Of a stretch of DNA of 64,000 nt, positions 1 to 9,303 are shown piece by piece. Source of the stretch: Marivivens sp. (GTDB taxonomy: Bacteria; Pseudomonadota; Alphaproteobacteria; Rhodobacterales; Rhodobacteraceae); NCBI GenBank assembly GCA_038133925.1, contig JAYPUF010000001.1, positions 16,201 through 80,200 of the forward strand, read 5' to 3'. Position 1 is the stretch's first letter, and the number at the start of each line of letters is the position of its first letter. The notes under the pieces were generated by a model, which did not search any database, was not told the DNA's origin, and saw only the letters and a program-made list of their open reading frames with translations. A program made the position numbers and the translations under genes.

Positions 1-1
1 G

Positions 2-343
2 ACGCTTCCGGGTATTGCAGGTATTGTTCTGACCATCGGTATGGCGGTGGATGCGAACGTGTTGGTGTTCGAACGTATCCGCGAAGAGCTTAAAGTCGCC
101 AAAGGGCCGGCACGTGCGATCGAGCTTGGCTATGAGCGCGCTCTTTCGGCCATTCTCGACGCAAACGTTACAACCTTTATGACGGCCGCTATTCTGTGGC
201 TGGTTGGATCGGGGCCCGTGCGCGGTTTTGCGACCACGCTTGGTCTTGGTATTGTGACCTCTGTCTTTACTGCGATCTTTGTGACGCGTCTTCTCATTGT
301 CTGGTGGTTCCAACGCCGCCGTCCGAAATCCATCGAGGTTTAA
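2..343 (+). CDS. secD: Protein translocase subunit SecD, C-terminal part (5' end lies outside the window)
   Basis: The frame from base 2 reads TLPGIAGIVLTIGMAVDANVLVFERIREE, the SecD signature; secF follows directly. Confidence 0.95.
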   Translation, partial: TLPGIAGIVLTIGMAVDANVLVFERIREELKVAKGPARAIELGYERALSAILDANVTTFMTAAILWLVGSGPVRGFATTLGLGIVTSVFTAIFVTRLLIVWWFQRRRPKSIEV

Positions 344-347
344 TCAG

Positions 348-1316
348 ATGCGCATGAGACTTGTTCCGGACAATACGAACTTTAATTTCTTCCGCGTTGC
401 TCGCGTTACTTTTGGGGCTTCGGTTGTTGCCGTGATTGCCTCTGTCATCCTCTTTGTTGTGATGGGGCTGAACTTTGGCATCGATTTCCGGGGCGGCACG
501 ACGATCCGCACGGATTCGACCGCAGTTGTTGATGTTGCCGAATACCGCGCCGCGATTGAGCCTTTGGGCCTTGGCGATGTGACCATCACCGAAGTGTTCG
601 ATCCGACCTTCCGCGAAGATCAACATGTCGCAATGGTGCGCATTCAGGCGCAGGACGGCGAGGAAAGTGTTTCTCCCGAACTTATCGCAAATGTTGAGGC
701 CGCGCTTCAAACGGTTGATCCGTCGATTACCTTCCCATCGGTGGAAAGCGTTGGTCCCAAAGTGTCGGGCGAACTGATCAAAACCGCGATTTACGCCGTG
801 CTTGGATCACTTGTCGCAATCGTGCTCTACATATGGGTGCGATTTGAATGGCAGTTTGCGATCGGAGCGGTTCTGGCGCTTGTGCATGACGTGGCTTTGA
901 CAATCGGACTGTGGTCTCTGTTCCAGATCAAGTTCGATTTGGCCATCGTCGCAGCGCTTTTGACGATCGTAGGTTATTCGATCAACGATACTGTTGTTGT
1001 GTTTGACCGTGCACGTGAGAACCTCATCAAGTTCAAGCAAATGCCTTTGATAGAGGTTCTGAACCTTTCTGCAAATGAGACCCTGAGCCGAACCTTGATG
1101 ACGTCGGGCACGACGCTTCTTGCTCTTGTTGCGCTGTTGGTTTTGGGCGGCGATGTGATCCGTGGCTTTGTCTTTGCGATCACTTGGGGAATCGTGGTTG
1201 GTACTTACTCGTCGATTTATGTCGCAAAGAACATCGTGCTGATGCTCGGCGTAAAGCGCGACTGGTCGAAAGAGAAGAAACCAACAGGCAACCAGTTCAT
1301 GGACATTGATGCCTAA
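348..1316 (+). CDS. secF: Protein translocase subunit SecF
   Basis: Motifs GLNFGIDFRGGT, VGPKVSGEL and GYSINDTVVVFDR; start moved to ATG 348, just after the secD stop. Confidence 0.95.
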   Translation: MRMRLVPDNTNFNFFRVARVTFGASVVAVIASVILFVVMGLNFGIDFRGGTTIRTDSTAVVDVAEYRAAIEPLGLGDVTITEVFDPTFREDQHVAMVRIQAQDGEESVSPELIANVEAALQTVDPSITFPSVESVGPKVSGELIKTAIYAVLGSLVAIVLYIWVRFEWQFAIGAVLALVHDVALTIGLWSLFQIKFDLAIVAALLTIVGYSINDTVVVFDRARENLIKFKQMPLIEVLNLSANETLSRTLMTSGTTLLALVALLVLGGDVIRGFVFAITWGIVVGTYSSIYVAKNIVLMLGVKRDWSKEKKPTGNQFMDIDA

Positions 1317-1324
1317 GCAAATCT

Positions 1325-1352
1325 GGCCTTGCCCTCGGGCGAGGCCTCTTTG
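1325..1352 (+). terminator. Hairpin after secF (weak terminator or mRNA-stabilising stem)
   Basis: GGCCTTGCCC ... GGGCGAGGCC followed by TCTTT. Confidence 0.45.
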
Positions 1353-1372
1353 GTTCTGAGGGAGGGCGCGTC

Positions 1373-1726
1373 ATGCGACTGAACGAAGTGGTCTATACAG
1401 ACGCAGTGCCTGTCGAAGGTTATGGCCCAGGCTTTTTCCGTCTAGGCGGCAAAGTGTATGAGGGTGCAATTGCGGTTCTACCGAATGGGATCGCGCCTTG
1501 GGGCGGGTATGATGACACGGCGACGCTGATCCAAGCCGCAGCCGACCTTGATGTCGTATTTGTAGGGACCGGTGCAGAGATCGCCCATCTTCCCGCAGCT
1601 TTCCGCGAAGCATTTGAAGAGGCGGGAATTGGCGTTGAAAGCATGGCGTCACCTGCTGCGTGCCGCACATATAACGTTCTTTTGTCCGAAGGACGGCGCG
1701 TCGCTTTGGCGCTGCTGCCTGTCTGA
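1373..1726 (+). CDS. Mth938-like (DUF498/NDUFAF3 family) protein
   Basis: Motifs VFVGTG and [15 protein letters not shown]; usual position after secF. Confidence 0.9.
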   Translation: MRLNEVVYTDAVPVEGYGPGFFRLGGKVYEGAIAVLPNGIAPWGGYDDTATLIQAAADLDVVFVGTGAEIAHLPAAFREAFEEAGIGVESMASPAACRTYNVLLSEGRRVALALLPV

Positions 1727-1764
1727 GCTTTTCTCAGGGCGCGGGGTGGGTTAAGCCTTTTAGC

Positions 1765-2382
1765 ATGGAACTCGTTGTAACTGATCTTGCCTGTGCGCGT
1801 GGTGGTGTTCCCCTTATCGAAGGGGTGAATTTCCGTTTGAAAGAAGGCGAGGCGCTCGTTCTGCGCGGTGCCAACGGGATCGGCAAGACGACCCTTTTGC
1901 GCACGCTAGCAGGGCTACAGCCACCGCTGGCTGGCATGATTGAATGTACTGAGGATCAGAGTGCATATGCCAGCCATGCTGACGGTATCAAAGCGCAGCT
2001 TACCGTGCGAGAGAATTTGGAGTTTTGGGCTTCGGTGCATGGAACCTCTGTCGAGGCGAGCGTGTTTGAAGCCTTTGATCTTGTTGATTTGCGCGAGCGC
2101 TTTGCAGGCACTCTTTCCGCAGGACAAAAGCGCCGTCTGGGGCTTGCGCGGCTTGGAGTGATCGGGCGAAAAATCCTGTTCCTCGACGAGCCAACCGTTT
2201 CGCTCGACCGTTTCTCGGTCAAGCTCTTTGCAGATTTTCTCAAGGAGCAGCATCTTGCCATGGGAGGCATTGCGGTCATTGCGACGCATATTGACCTTGG
2301 ACTTGAGGCCCCTGAACTTGATCTTGAGCCTTTCCGAGCTGCTTATGACGCGGGCGGTTCTAGCGATGAGGCCTTTCTGTGA
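1765..2382 (+). CDS. ccmA: Heme ABC exporter ATP-binding protein CcmA
   Basis: Walker [10 protein letters not shown], signature LSAGQKRR, Walker B LFLDEP; operon context. Confidence 0.95.
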   Translation: MELVVTDLACARGGVPLIEGVNFRLKEGEALVLRGANGIGKTTLLRTLAGLQPPLAGMIECTEDQSAYASHADGIKAQLTVRENLEFWASVHGTSVEASVFEAFDLVDLRERFAGTLSAGQKRRLGLARLGVIGRKILFLDEPTVSLDRFSVKLFADFLKEQHLAMGGIAVIATHIDLGLEAPELDLEPFRAAYDAGGSSDEAFL

Positions 2383-3035
2383 TCGCGCTCCTCTTACGTG
2401 ATCTGCGGCTCGCTGTGAGAGCAGGGGGCGGCTTTGGCCTTGGCCTTGCGTTCTTCTTGATTGTTGTCGTTCTGGTGCCCTTTGGCGTTGGACCTGAGGC
2501 TGAAATACTGTCACGGATTGCGCCCGGCATTCTTTGGGTTGCCTCGCTGCTTGCGGCACTCCTTTCGCTCGATCGGATATTCGCGCTCGATTATGAGGAC
2601 GGCGCGCTTGCTCTTATCGCAACATCGCCGCTGCCTCTCGAAGGGGCGGCATTCGTGAAAGCGCTGGCGCATTGGATCACCACAGGGCTACCTCTCACGC
2701 TTGCAGCACCTGCGCTTGGGTTTCTCTTGAATCTCAAACCCGAGGCCTATTGGTTCCTCTTTATCTCGCTCGCGCTTGGAACACCTGCGCTGTCGATGAT
2801 CGGGACCTTTGGTGCGGCCTTGACGGTTGGCCTGCGTCGCGGCGGACTTTTGATGTCGCTCCTTGTCCTTCCGCTCTATGTACCTACTCTTATTTTTGGT
2901 GCAGAGACCGTTCGTCGCGGGGCAGAGGGGCTGACAACGACGACGCCGCTCGTCATGGTGGCAGGCGTTACGGCAGGTGTCTTTGCGTTTTTGCCATTCG
3001 CAACTGCGGCCGCGCTTCGCATCAATTTGCGCTAG
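2379..3035 (+). CDS. ccmB: Heme exporter protein CcmB
   Basis: Hydrophobic protein with APGILWVA and [14 protein letters not shown]; GTGA overlap with ccmA. Confidence 0.95.
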   Translation: MIALLLRDLRLAVRAGGGFGLGLAFFLIVVVLVPFGVGPEAEILSRIAPGILWVASLLAALLSLDRIFALDYEDGALALIATSPLPLEGAAFVKALAHWITTGLPLTLAAPALGFLLNLKPEAYWFLFISLALGTPALSMIGTFGAALTVGLRRGGLLMSLLVLPLYVPTLIFGAETVRRGAEGLTTTTPLVMVAGVTAGVFAFLPFATAAALRINLR

Positions 3036-3051
3036 GGAGAGGGAATACAGA

Positions 3052-3780
3052 ATGTCATTCTGGGAATACGCAAACCCAAAGAAATTCATGAGCTTCACCG
3101 CGCCGATCCTTCCGGTCGTGACAATCGCGGCTTTGGTCTGCTTGGTGTCTGGGCTTGTCTGGGGGTTCTTTTTCACCCCCGAAGATTACCGCCAAGGCTC
3201 TACGGTCAAGATCTTCTACATCCACGTGCCTTCGGCGCTTATGGCGATCAACGCTTGGTTCATGATGTTGGTCGCCTCGCTTATCTGGCTCATACGTCGT
3301 CACCATGTCTCGGCGCTCGCTGCCAAAGCAGCGGCACCCGTGGGGATCGTAATGACGCTTATCGCGCTTGTGACCGGAGCAATCTGGGGCCAGCCAATGT
3401 GGGGCACTTGGTGGGCGTGGGATCCGCGTTTAACATCGTTCCTGATCCTCTTCTTGTTCTACCTCGGTTATGTTGCGCTTTGGGCCGCGATTGACGACCC
3501 TGATACGGCGGCAGACCTGACCTCGGTTCTTTGCATCGTCGGCTCGGTCTTCGCTATGCTGAGCCGATATGCGGTGAACTTCTGGAACCAAGGTCTACAC
3601 CAAGGGGCTTCGATGTCGATGGACGCCGAAGAAAACGTGGCCGATATCTTCTGGTATCCTGCTCTCGTTGCCATCGCTGGATTTGTGCTTTTGTTCATTG
3701 CGTTGGTGCTGCTACGCACCCGCACCGAAATCCGTCTGCGCCGCATTCGCGCGCTTGAAACCCGTGCTCGGAGGGCCTGA
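3052..3780 (+). CDS. ccmC: Heme ABC transporter permease CcmC
   Basis: WWD motif WGQPMWGTWWAWDPRLTS and HVP; start at ATG 3052 after a purine-rich RBS. Confidence 0.95.
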   Translation: MSFWEYANPKKFMSFTAPILPVVTIAALVCLVSGLVWGFFFTPEDYRQGSTVKIFYIHVPSALMAINAWFMMLVASLIWLIRRHHVSALAAKAAAPVGIVMTLIALVTGAIWGQPMWGTWWAWDPRLTSFLILFLFYLGYVALWAAIDDPDTAADLTSVLCIVGSVFAMLSRYAVNFWNQGLHQGASMSMDAEENVADIFWYPALVAIAGFVLLFIALVLLRTRTEIRLRRIRALETRARRA

Positions 3781-3926
3781 TGCCTGAACTCGGTAAATAT
3801 GCTGTCCATGTCCTAAGCTCTTACGGCCTCAGCCTCGCTTTGCTCGTTGGGATCGTAGCGGTGAGCCTTGTGCGCTCGCGCAGCGTCAAAGCACGTCTGG
3901 ACGCGCTGGAGAAGTCTGATGGCTAA
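3780..3926 (+). CDS. ccmD: Heme exporter protein CcmD (48 aa; missing from the ORF track)
   Basis: Translated by hand: MPELGKYAVHVLSSYGLSLALLVGIVAVSLVRSRSVKARLDALEKSDG. One TM segment with a charged tail; TGATG overlap with ccmC. Confidence 0.9.
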   Translation: MPELGKYAVHVLSSYGLSLALLVGIVAVSLVRSRSVKARLDALEKSDG

Positions 3927-4458
3927 AGTCTCGCCGCTTGTGCTCATACCGCCTGTTGCTTTCCTTGCCGTTGCAGGGCTCTTTTTTGGCGGGATGTTCT
4001 TTGGAGCCGAGGATGATCTTCCTTCGACGCTCATTGGACGCGATGCGCCTGCGCTTCCCGCCGAAGCACTCGACGGGCTGGACGCGTTGACGGACCAAGA
4101 CCTACGTTCTGGTGAAGTTACTTTGGTAAATTACTGGGCGAGCTGGTGCCCACCGTGCCGCGCCGAACATCCAACGCTCAAGTCGCTCGCCGATGCGGGG
4201 TATCGCGTGGCGGGGGTGAATTTCCGCGACACCGAAGCGAACGCTCTTCAGTACCTTGAGGACGAAGGCAATCCGTTCTTCAAATCCGCATTTGACCCCA
4301 AGGGCCGCACATCAATTGACTGGGGCGTTACGGCTCCGCCAGAGACATTTATCGTGGATGGAGACGGAACAGTGCTCTTCCGCTTTGCGGGACCACTGAT
4401 TGGCTCGGATTACGAGAACCGCTTTCTGCCTGCTCTCAAAGAAGCAACAGAGCAGTAA
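3919..4458 (+). CDS. ccmG: Thiol:disulfide interchange protein CcmG/DsbE
   Basis: N-terminal TM anchor, WASWCPPCRAEHP thioredoxin motif and PPETF. Confidence 0.93.
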   Translation: MAKVSPLVLIPPVAFLAVAGLFFGGMFFGAEDDLPSTLIGRDAPALPAEALDGLDALTDQDLRSGEVTLVNYWASWCPPCRAEHPTLKSLADAGYRVAGVNFRDTEANALQYLEDEGNPFFKSAFDPKGRTSIDWGVTAPPETFIVDGDGTVLFRFAGPLIGSDYENRFLPALKEATEQ

Positions 4459-4926
4459 TCAACACGCAACGGCGGCGCGCAAGCCGCTGTTGCCAAGCGC
4501 CATCATACCAGCGCGCGAGAGCTGCATCGAATAGATTGGCTCGCCAATTTCTAAGACAATCACAAGCTCGATATCTTCAAGCTCGCTCTCTTGAATGCCG
4601 CGTGCTGCGGCTTCGAAGACATCATCGATCATCGCAGCCTGATGGGTCCAGACTTCAAGCGGAGGAAGCTCTTCGTTTCGCTCCTCGGTGATCTGCGAAA
4701 GCACATATCCCTGTTCTAGAACCTCTGCCCATTCATCGGCGCCTGACCCATAGACACAAGCCATGACGCAATCCCCAACTGCAAGGGTTTCGGCAATGGC
4801 GGCTTGCCAAGACCGCTCGCTATCCTCATGCGCGACGATGACCGCAACAAAGGCGCGACCTTCGGGCAGGCGGGGTAGGATCTGGCCGGCATCAAGCCGA
4901 ATGTGGGTGTATTGGATCATGCCCAA
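4459..4926 (-). CDS. Hypothetical acidic protein
   Basis: 155-aa ORF convergent with ccmG; globular-looking composition; family not recognised. Confidence 0.6.
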   Translation of the reverse strand: MGMIQYTHIRLDAGQILPRLPEGRAFVAVIVAHEDSERSWQAAIAETLAVGDCVMACVYGSGADEWAEVLEQGYVLSQITEERNEELPPLEVWTHQAAMIDDVFEAAARGIQESELEDIELVIVLEIGEPIYSMQLSRAGMMALGNSGLRAAVAC

Positions 4927-4940
4927 TCATCCCGCCGCCC

Positions 4941-5025
4941 CGTGGATTCGTCAAAGTGACTCAAGTGGATAAGTTGTGGATAAACCTAGGGAAAACCTCT
5001 GTATCTTTGAGTCTTCTGTGGAAAA
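4941..5025. promoter_or_regulatory. Cluster of DnaA boxes interleaved with GANTC (CcrM) sites
   Basis: TGTGGATAA 4975-4983 (perfect), AGTGGATAA 4964-4972 and TGTGGAAAA 5017-5025; GANTC at 4945, 4958 and 5009. Confidence 0.65.
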
Positions 5026-5296
5026 TCGCTCTGGCGAGGTAAACGCGCCCTGAACTGGAGCGCTGTCTGGTCCCTTGCGGGCGATTAGGTCAGGTAGGCT
5101 TTGGCTTTGGTTGCGTTGCGTAAGTCTCTGCTAAGGTGAGGCAAATAATTAGGCCTCAATCTTATGTGTCGATCTTGATTTGGGGTGTAACGCGCAAAAT
5201 GCACATTTGGTGACAAAAAATCTCGATTGCTTGATTGGAACCATTTCGTTTGATCGGCTAAACCGAATGCATGCTGCCACTACTGCGGATATTTTG

Positions 5297-6001
5297 ATGC
5301 GCGCTTTGATCGTTTCTATGCTCATTGGACTTGGGGTTACTTCGCCTGTTTTGGCGCAGGATGCGCTTGACGTCCCTGTTGTCGTCGAACTGTTTACGTC
5401 GCAGGGGTGTTCGTCTTGTCCGCCTGCCGATGACATGATGGGGCAACTTGCAGCGCGGGATGACGTTCTCGCTTTGGCTTTGCACGTTGATTATTGGGAT
5501 TATCTTGGCTGGACTGACGCATTCGCAAGCCCGCGTTTCACCCATCGCCAAAAGGTTTATGCCCATAATTCGGGTGATCGAACGATATATACGCCGCAAT
5601 TTGTCGTAGGCGGGCATGCCCGTATAGTCGGTGCGCAGCCGGTGGAACTGATGGATGCGATGCGGGCAGCTTCAAGCGGTGGCGCCCGTGTTCAGCTTAG
5701 TTCGAACCGTTCAGGCAACACATTAAGCATCAACGCCCGTTCCATCGGACCATTTCGTCATCCAGTCGCAGTCCAGATTGTGCGCTTTAGCCCAATAGAG
5801 CGCGTCGAGATTGAACGGGGCGAGAATGAGGGCAAGGTGATCGACTATGCAAATGTTGTGCGTGATTGGCAGATTGCAGGCGAATGGAATGGTGCGCAGC
5901 CGCTCAGTCTTCAGGTGCCGGTAGAAGGTTCGTTATCCGTGGCCGTTATTCTGCAAGAGGCTGGGCAGGGCGCTATCCTAGCCGCAAATCGTATCGACTA
6001 G
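5297..6001 (+). CDS. DUF1223 thioredoxin-like exported protein
   Basis: Signal peptide followed by VVVELFTSQGCSSCPPAD, HVDYWDYLGW and YTPQ. Confidence 0.9.
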   Translation: MRALIVSMLIGLGVTSPVLAQDALDVPVVVELFTSQGCSSCPPADDMMGQLAARDDVLALALHVDYWDYLGWTDAFASPRFTHRQKVYAHNSGDRTIYTPQFVVGGHARIVGAQPVELMDAMRAASSGGARVQLSSNRSGNTLSINARSIGPFRHPVAVQIVRFSPIERVEIERGENEGKVIDYANVVRDWQIAGEWNGAQPLSLQVPVEGSLSVAVILQEAGQGAILAANRID

Positions 6002-6882
6002 CTTTTCCAGCGTCGATGAACCCAAAACCATTGATCTGGGTGCTCATTTACACGCGCTTCCAATCTTAACGTGATCGCCTGAGTCATCGGGATAGGCTCG
6101 TCAATCGGCACCGGCGTTTCTAATACGCAGCGAAAACCAAGCCCGTCTGCTTGGCGTATCCCAAAGAATGGAATGACAACAGCATTGCAGCGTTTGGCAA
6201 GGCGTGCGGCGGAAATCGGTGTGTCGCAGAGCCTGCCTAAGAAGGGGAGCTTTTCCCCGTCAGGGTCGTGAACATCAATAAACAGAATGCCGATGCCGCC
6301 ATTCAAAAGATATCGGTGAAAGGCAAATGTTCCTTCTCGGCCTTGCCGAAACACGTCCCCGCCAAGGATTTCGAGCGTTTGTTCGTAATGCTCATCGAAA
6401 TATCGGTTGGACATCGGACGATATATGCCGCCGATGGTAAACCCAAGATCAGTAAGGAGATGGCGAGGCGCTTCGTGATTTCCAAAATGACCTGCCACCA
6501 TTAGAACAGGGCGGCCCTCGGCTTTGGCTTGCTTAAGCGCCGCAAGTCCTTCTCCCTCAAGCGTGGTGCCTTGCGACCTTAGAAAATTGCCGAAATCGCG
6601 GCCAAAGAAGTTCTCACAGAGGGTGCGCCCAAAATTGTCGAGCATCTTGTCGGCAAATTCGGCCTTCTCAGCACGATCCATATCTGGATAGATCAGTTCA
6701 AGGTTTTTGATGATCCGGCGCTTATAACCCGCGATCGGTCCAAGAAATTTGGCCGAGAAACGACCAAACCAAGCGATGCGTGAAGCATAGGGTTTGCGAC
6801 CGACATACCAAAGGACAGCCTGGAAAATCTTGTAACTGATCCAGTCTTCCGAAAGTTTTAAGCGGCTGCGAGGTTCGGACAT
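5998..6882 (-). CDS. Lipid A biosynthesis acyltransferase (LpxL/HtrB-like)
   Basis: GHFGNHE catalytic motif and C-terminal PDQWFWVHRRWK. Confidence 0.88.
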   Translation of the reverse strand: MSEPRSRLKLSEDWISYKIFQAVLWYVGRKPYASRIAWFGRFSAKFLGPIAGYKRRIIKNLELIYPDMDRAEKAEFADKMLDNFGRTLCENFFGRDFGNFLRSQGTTLEGEGLAALKQAKAEGRPVLMVAGHFGNHEAPRHLLTDLGFTIGGIYRPMSNRYFDEHYEQTLEILGGDVFRQGREGTFAFHRYLLNGGIGILFIDVHDPDGEKLPFLGRLCDTPISAARLAKRCNAVVIPFFGIRQADGLGFRCVLETPVPIDEPIPMTQAITLRLEARVNEHPDQWFWVHRRWKS

Positions 6883-6936
6883 CAATGCTCCTTTGTAGTG
6901 CCCCTGTTTAGGGGGGGAGTTGATGCGCGGCAAGGC

Positions 6937-7971
6937 CTAGCCGTTTTGCTTTTTCAAGAGAGTGATTTCGCCGTTGTCCTCCAGTACCCTGATCGAAGCG
7001 ATGAGCGCTTTATGTGCGGCTTCACCTTCTTTGGCGGAAACGGTTCCGCGTTCAGCGATTGCCTCGCACAGTGAATTGGCCAACCGCTTTGAGATATTGG
7101 CAAGGATGAACTCTGCGGTCGCCTCTGCCTTGCTGCCTTGTGACATTGCAAAAGCGAGGCCGCAGCCTAGTTGGTCTTGGGGGATACTTCGCAGGACGTT
7201 TGGCATGTCCTTTGGCTCGATGCGGTCTTTGATATCGACAAAGGTGAAAATCGACTCGCGGACTGTGCTGGCGAATTCTGGAGCGTCTTCGTCAAGCGCA
7301 CCGAGTATTGCATCGCGCGTTGCGCTGTCGGACGAGTTCAATATCTCGGCCACGCGTTTACCATTTGGCATGTCAAAGCCTTTGGTCTTTTGAATACAAT
7401 ACACCTCGGCCAGTGATGCACCGATAGTTGCAATGACATTGGGCGGTGCGACCTCAACACGGGACATTGACTGAGCGATCCGGCGCGCTGTGGGGCCGCT
7501 TAGCGCACGGAGCAAATCGGCGGCATCGGCCACGGCGAGTTTCGAAAGCCATATCGCGCCTATTTCGGGCGCTTCTGTTGATGCGAGACGGATTCGAGTG
7601 TCCAAGTCTAGTCCCGCGAGCCTAGTCCACGGATCGAGCGTGGGCGCGCCGAGTGTCTCTGTCCTCAAACGATCCTGCGCCGCACTGCTGAGATATGGTG
7701 ACAGGCTTTCGGTTGCTGCTTGGAGGCCATCACCTGATGGAAGGGCAAGCGATTCCAGTTCGGCATTGAATTCTGAAACGATACGCGTGAGCGTCGCTTG
7801 ATCAATATCGGGCAGATCGCCCAGCTCTTTTGTCAAAGACACCTGAACGTCTTCTGGTAGGGCATCCAAAGGCATGGCGTTACCCTGTGACAGCAGGTGG
7901 CGCAGAATAATTGCCGCCTTGCGTCGCTTGTTTTCGGGGTGCGCAGAAGGCGCGGGTTGACCATCGAGCAT
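6937..7971 (-). CDS. fliG: Flagellar motor switch FliG-like protein (outside any flagellar cluster)
   Basis: N-terminal KAAII, VAEILN, IFTFVDI and ILANISKRLA motifs of FliG. Confidence 0.8.
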   Translation of the reverse strand: MLDGQPAPSAHPENKRRKAAIILRHLLSQGNAMPLDALPEDVQVSLTKELGDLPDIDQATLTRIVSEFNAELESLALPSGDGLQAATESLSPYLSSAAQDRLRTETLGAPTLDPWTRLAGLDLDTRIRLASTEAPEIGAIWLSKLAVADAADLLRALSGPTARRIAQSMSRVEVAPPNVIATIGASLAEVYCIQKTKGFDMPNGKRVAEILNSSDSATRDAILGALDEDAPEFASTVRESIFTFVDIKDRIEPKDMPNVLRSIPQDQLGCGLAFAMSQGSKAEATAEFILANISKRLANSLCEAIAERGTVSAKEGEAAHKALIASIRVLEDNGEITLLKKQNG

Positions 7972-8027
7972 TTCACTACCTCCGCGACTGAAATTAGGCG
8001 AAGAAGTCTGAATAAACTCTTACAAAC

Positions 8028-8522
8028 CTATACTTTTTGGGTGTGTTCCGAAACTTGCGAGGCAAAGAGGCGGAGCTGTTCGCGATTGCCGGGATCAGCG
8101 GCTTCAAACGTCGATACTTGCTGATGGAAGGTCAAGAATAACGCGTGGGCCGTGTCACATTCCGCGTCGGTAAACTCGCGATCAGGACGCGCAATGCCGC
8201 AAAAACTTTGCGAACCATAGCTGTTCGTTGCGCATGCAACACCGTAGGTAAGCCCATATTCTGCCGATCTTTTGAACACGATCTGGTCAGGTGCCGCGAG
8301 GTCACTCCAACGTTTCACGCCGATTTCGCTTACACCCCACAAGACAACTGGATCATCAACGACATAGCCTTGTTGTGAATACTCTTTGGTCCATTCGGTA
8401 GAAAAGGTCTGGAATAGATATGACGGCGTGCTAAAGTTGATCCGCATCGCGAGCGCAAAACCAGAAGGCGCGTTCGCTTTGAGTGCTTCTAGGGTTTCGG
8501 AGATGTCAAAAATTGATGTCAT
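8028..8522 (-). CDS. Autoinducer-binding-domain-only protein (LuxR N-terminal domain, no HTH)
   Basis: W...Y...DP...W...G pattern (EWTKEYSQQGYVVDDPVVLW...RWSDL...YGLTYG); 164 aa, ending without an HTH. Confidence 0.82.
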   Translation of the reverse strand: MTSIFDISETLEALKANAPSGFALAMRINFSTPSYLFQTFSTEWTKEYSQQGYVVDDPVVLWGVSEIGVKRWSDLAAPDQIVFKRSAEYGLTYGVACATNSYGSQSFCGIARPDREFTDAECDTAHALFLTFHQQVSTFEAADPGNREQLRLFASQVSEHTQKV

Positions 8523-8548
8523 TTTGGGAGCCTAGAGCGTGGTAAAGA

Positions 8549-8564
8549 GTTAATCGTATATTAT
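8549..8564. promoter_or_regulatory. Probable CtrA-binding site between the divergent LuxR-type genes
   Basis: The minus strand reads ATAA-N7-TTAAC, one mismatch from TTAA-N7-TTAAC. Confidence 0.5.
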
Positions 8565-8630
8565 TTGAACCAACACAAGTTTTGCGTGTGCGAAAAAGTC
8601 GTAGTTATTGGCTTAAACGAGGGGGGAATA

Positions 8631-9257
8631 GTGACGCTACCGATGAAGGTCGTTGGCAGACTAGAGCAGGAGGAGCTTGATAGGCTCTCGCCGCAAGGGT
8701 TTTATATCGCTCTGCGGATTGGTTTTGCTTTCCCAAAAGAAGAATTGAACGCTTTCCCTCAGCCTTGGATCGAAACCTACACGAACGAACGTTTGGTTCT
8801 GGTGGATCCGATTGTGCGTTGGGCTTACCGCATAGGTGGTGCAATTCGTTGGAGCGATCCAGCCTTCGGTCAGCATCACGAGTTTTTCGTGAAAGCTGCG
8901 CGCTTTGGCTTGAAATATGGGGCAAGCTTCACGTCGCGTGATAAGGCGAATGGTGGCCAAATATCGGTTGGACACTTTGTGCGCGATGACCGTGAATTTT
9001 TGGAAGAAGAGCTGGTCCTTTTGCGCGGCCATCTTGAGGCCCTTCACCGTGCCAGTGCACCGCCAACAAACCTCACGGATGCCGAGATTGAGACCTTGTC
9101 ACTGGTCAAAGACGGAATGCGCCTAAAGCAAGCGGCGCATGTCTTGGGGATTAGCGAAGGTGCAGTCAAATTACGGCTGCGCAATGCCAAGATGAAACTT
9201 GGGGCTGCAACGAGTACCCAAGCCGCAACGATGGCAAGCGACCACGGGCTCATCTAG
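8631..9257 (+). CDS. LuxR-family regulator (autoinducer-binding domain + HTH); no adjacent luxI
   Basis: PWIETY...VDPIVRW...RWSD followed by the HTH LTDAEIETL...GISEGAVKLRLRNAKMKLG. GTG 8631 follows GAGGGGGG; alternative start ATG 8643. Confidence 0.88.
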   Translation: MTLPMKVVGRLEQEELDRLSPQGFYIALRIGFAFPKEELNAFPQPWIETYTNERLVLVDPIVRWAYRIGGAIRWSDPAFGQHHEFFVKAARFGLKYGASFTSRDKANGGQISVGHFVRDDREFLEEELVLLRGHLEALHRASAPPTNLTDAEIETLSLVKDGMRLKQAAHVLGISEGAVKLRLRNAKMKLGAATSTQAATMASDHGLI

Positions 9258-9268
9258 ACACTTGACCG

Positions 9269-9297
9269 AAAAAAAGGGGCCGCTCGGGCCCCTTTCT
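9269..9297. terminator. Bidirectional intrinsic terminator between the luxR-type gene and purB
   Basis: A-run, AAAGGGGCC-gctcg-GGCCCCTTT. Confidence 0.8.
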
Positions 9298-9303
9298 CTT
9301 TGG

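Noticed and set aside
8541-8571. dif-like look of TAA-TCGTATA-TTATTTGAAC
   Set aside because: The spacer is 7 bp rather than 6 and the XerC arm does not match; a CtrA-type site fits better.
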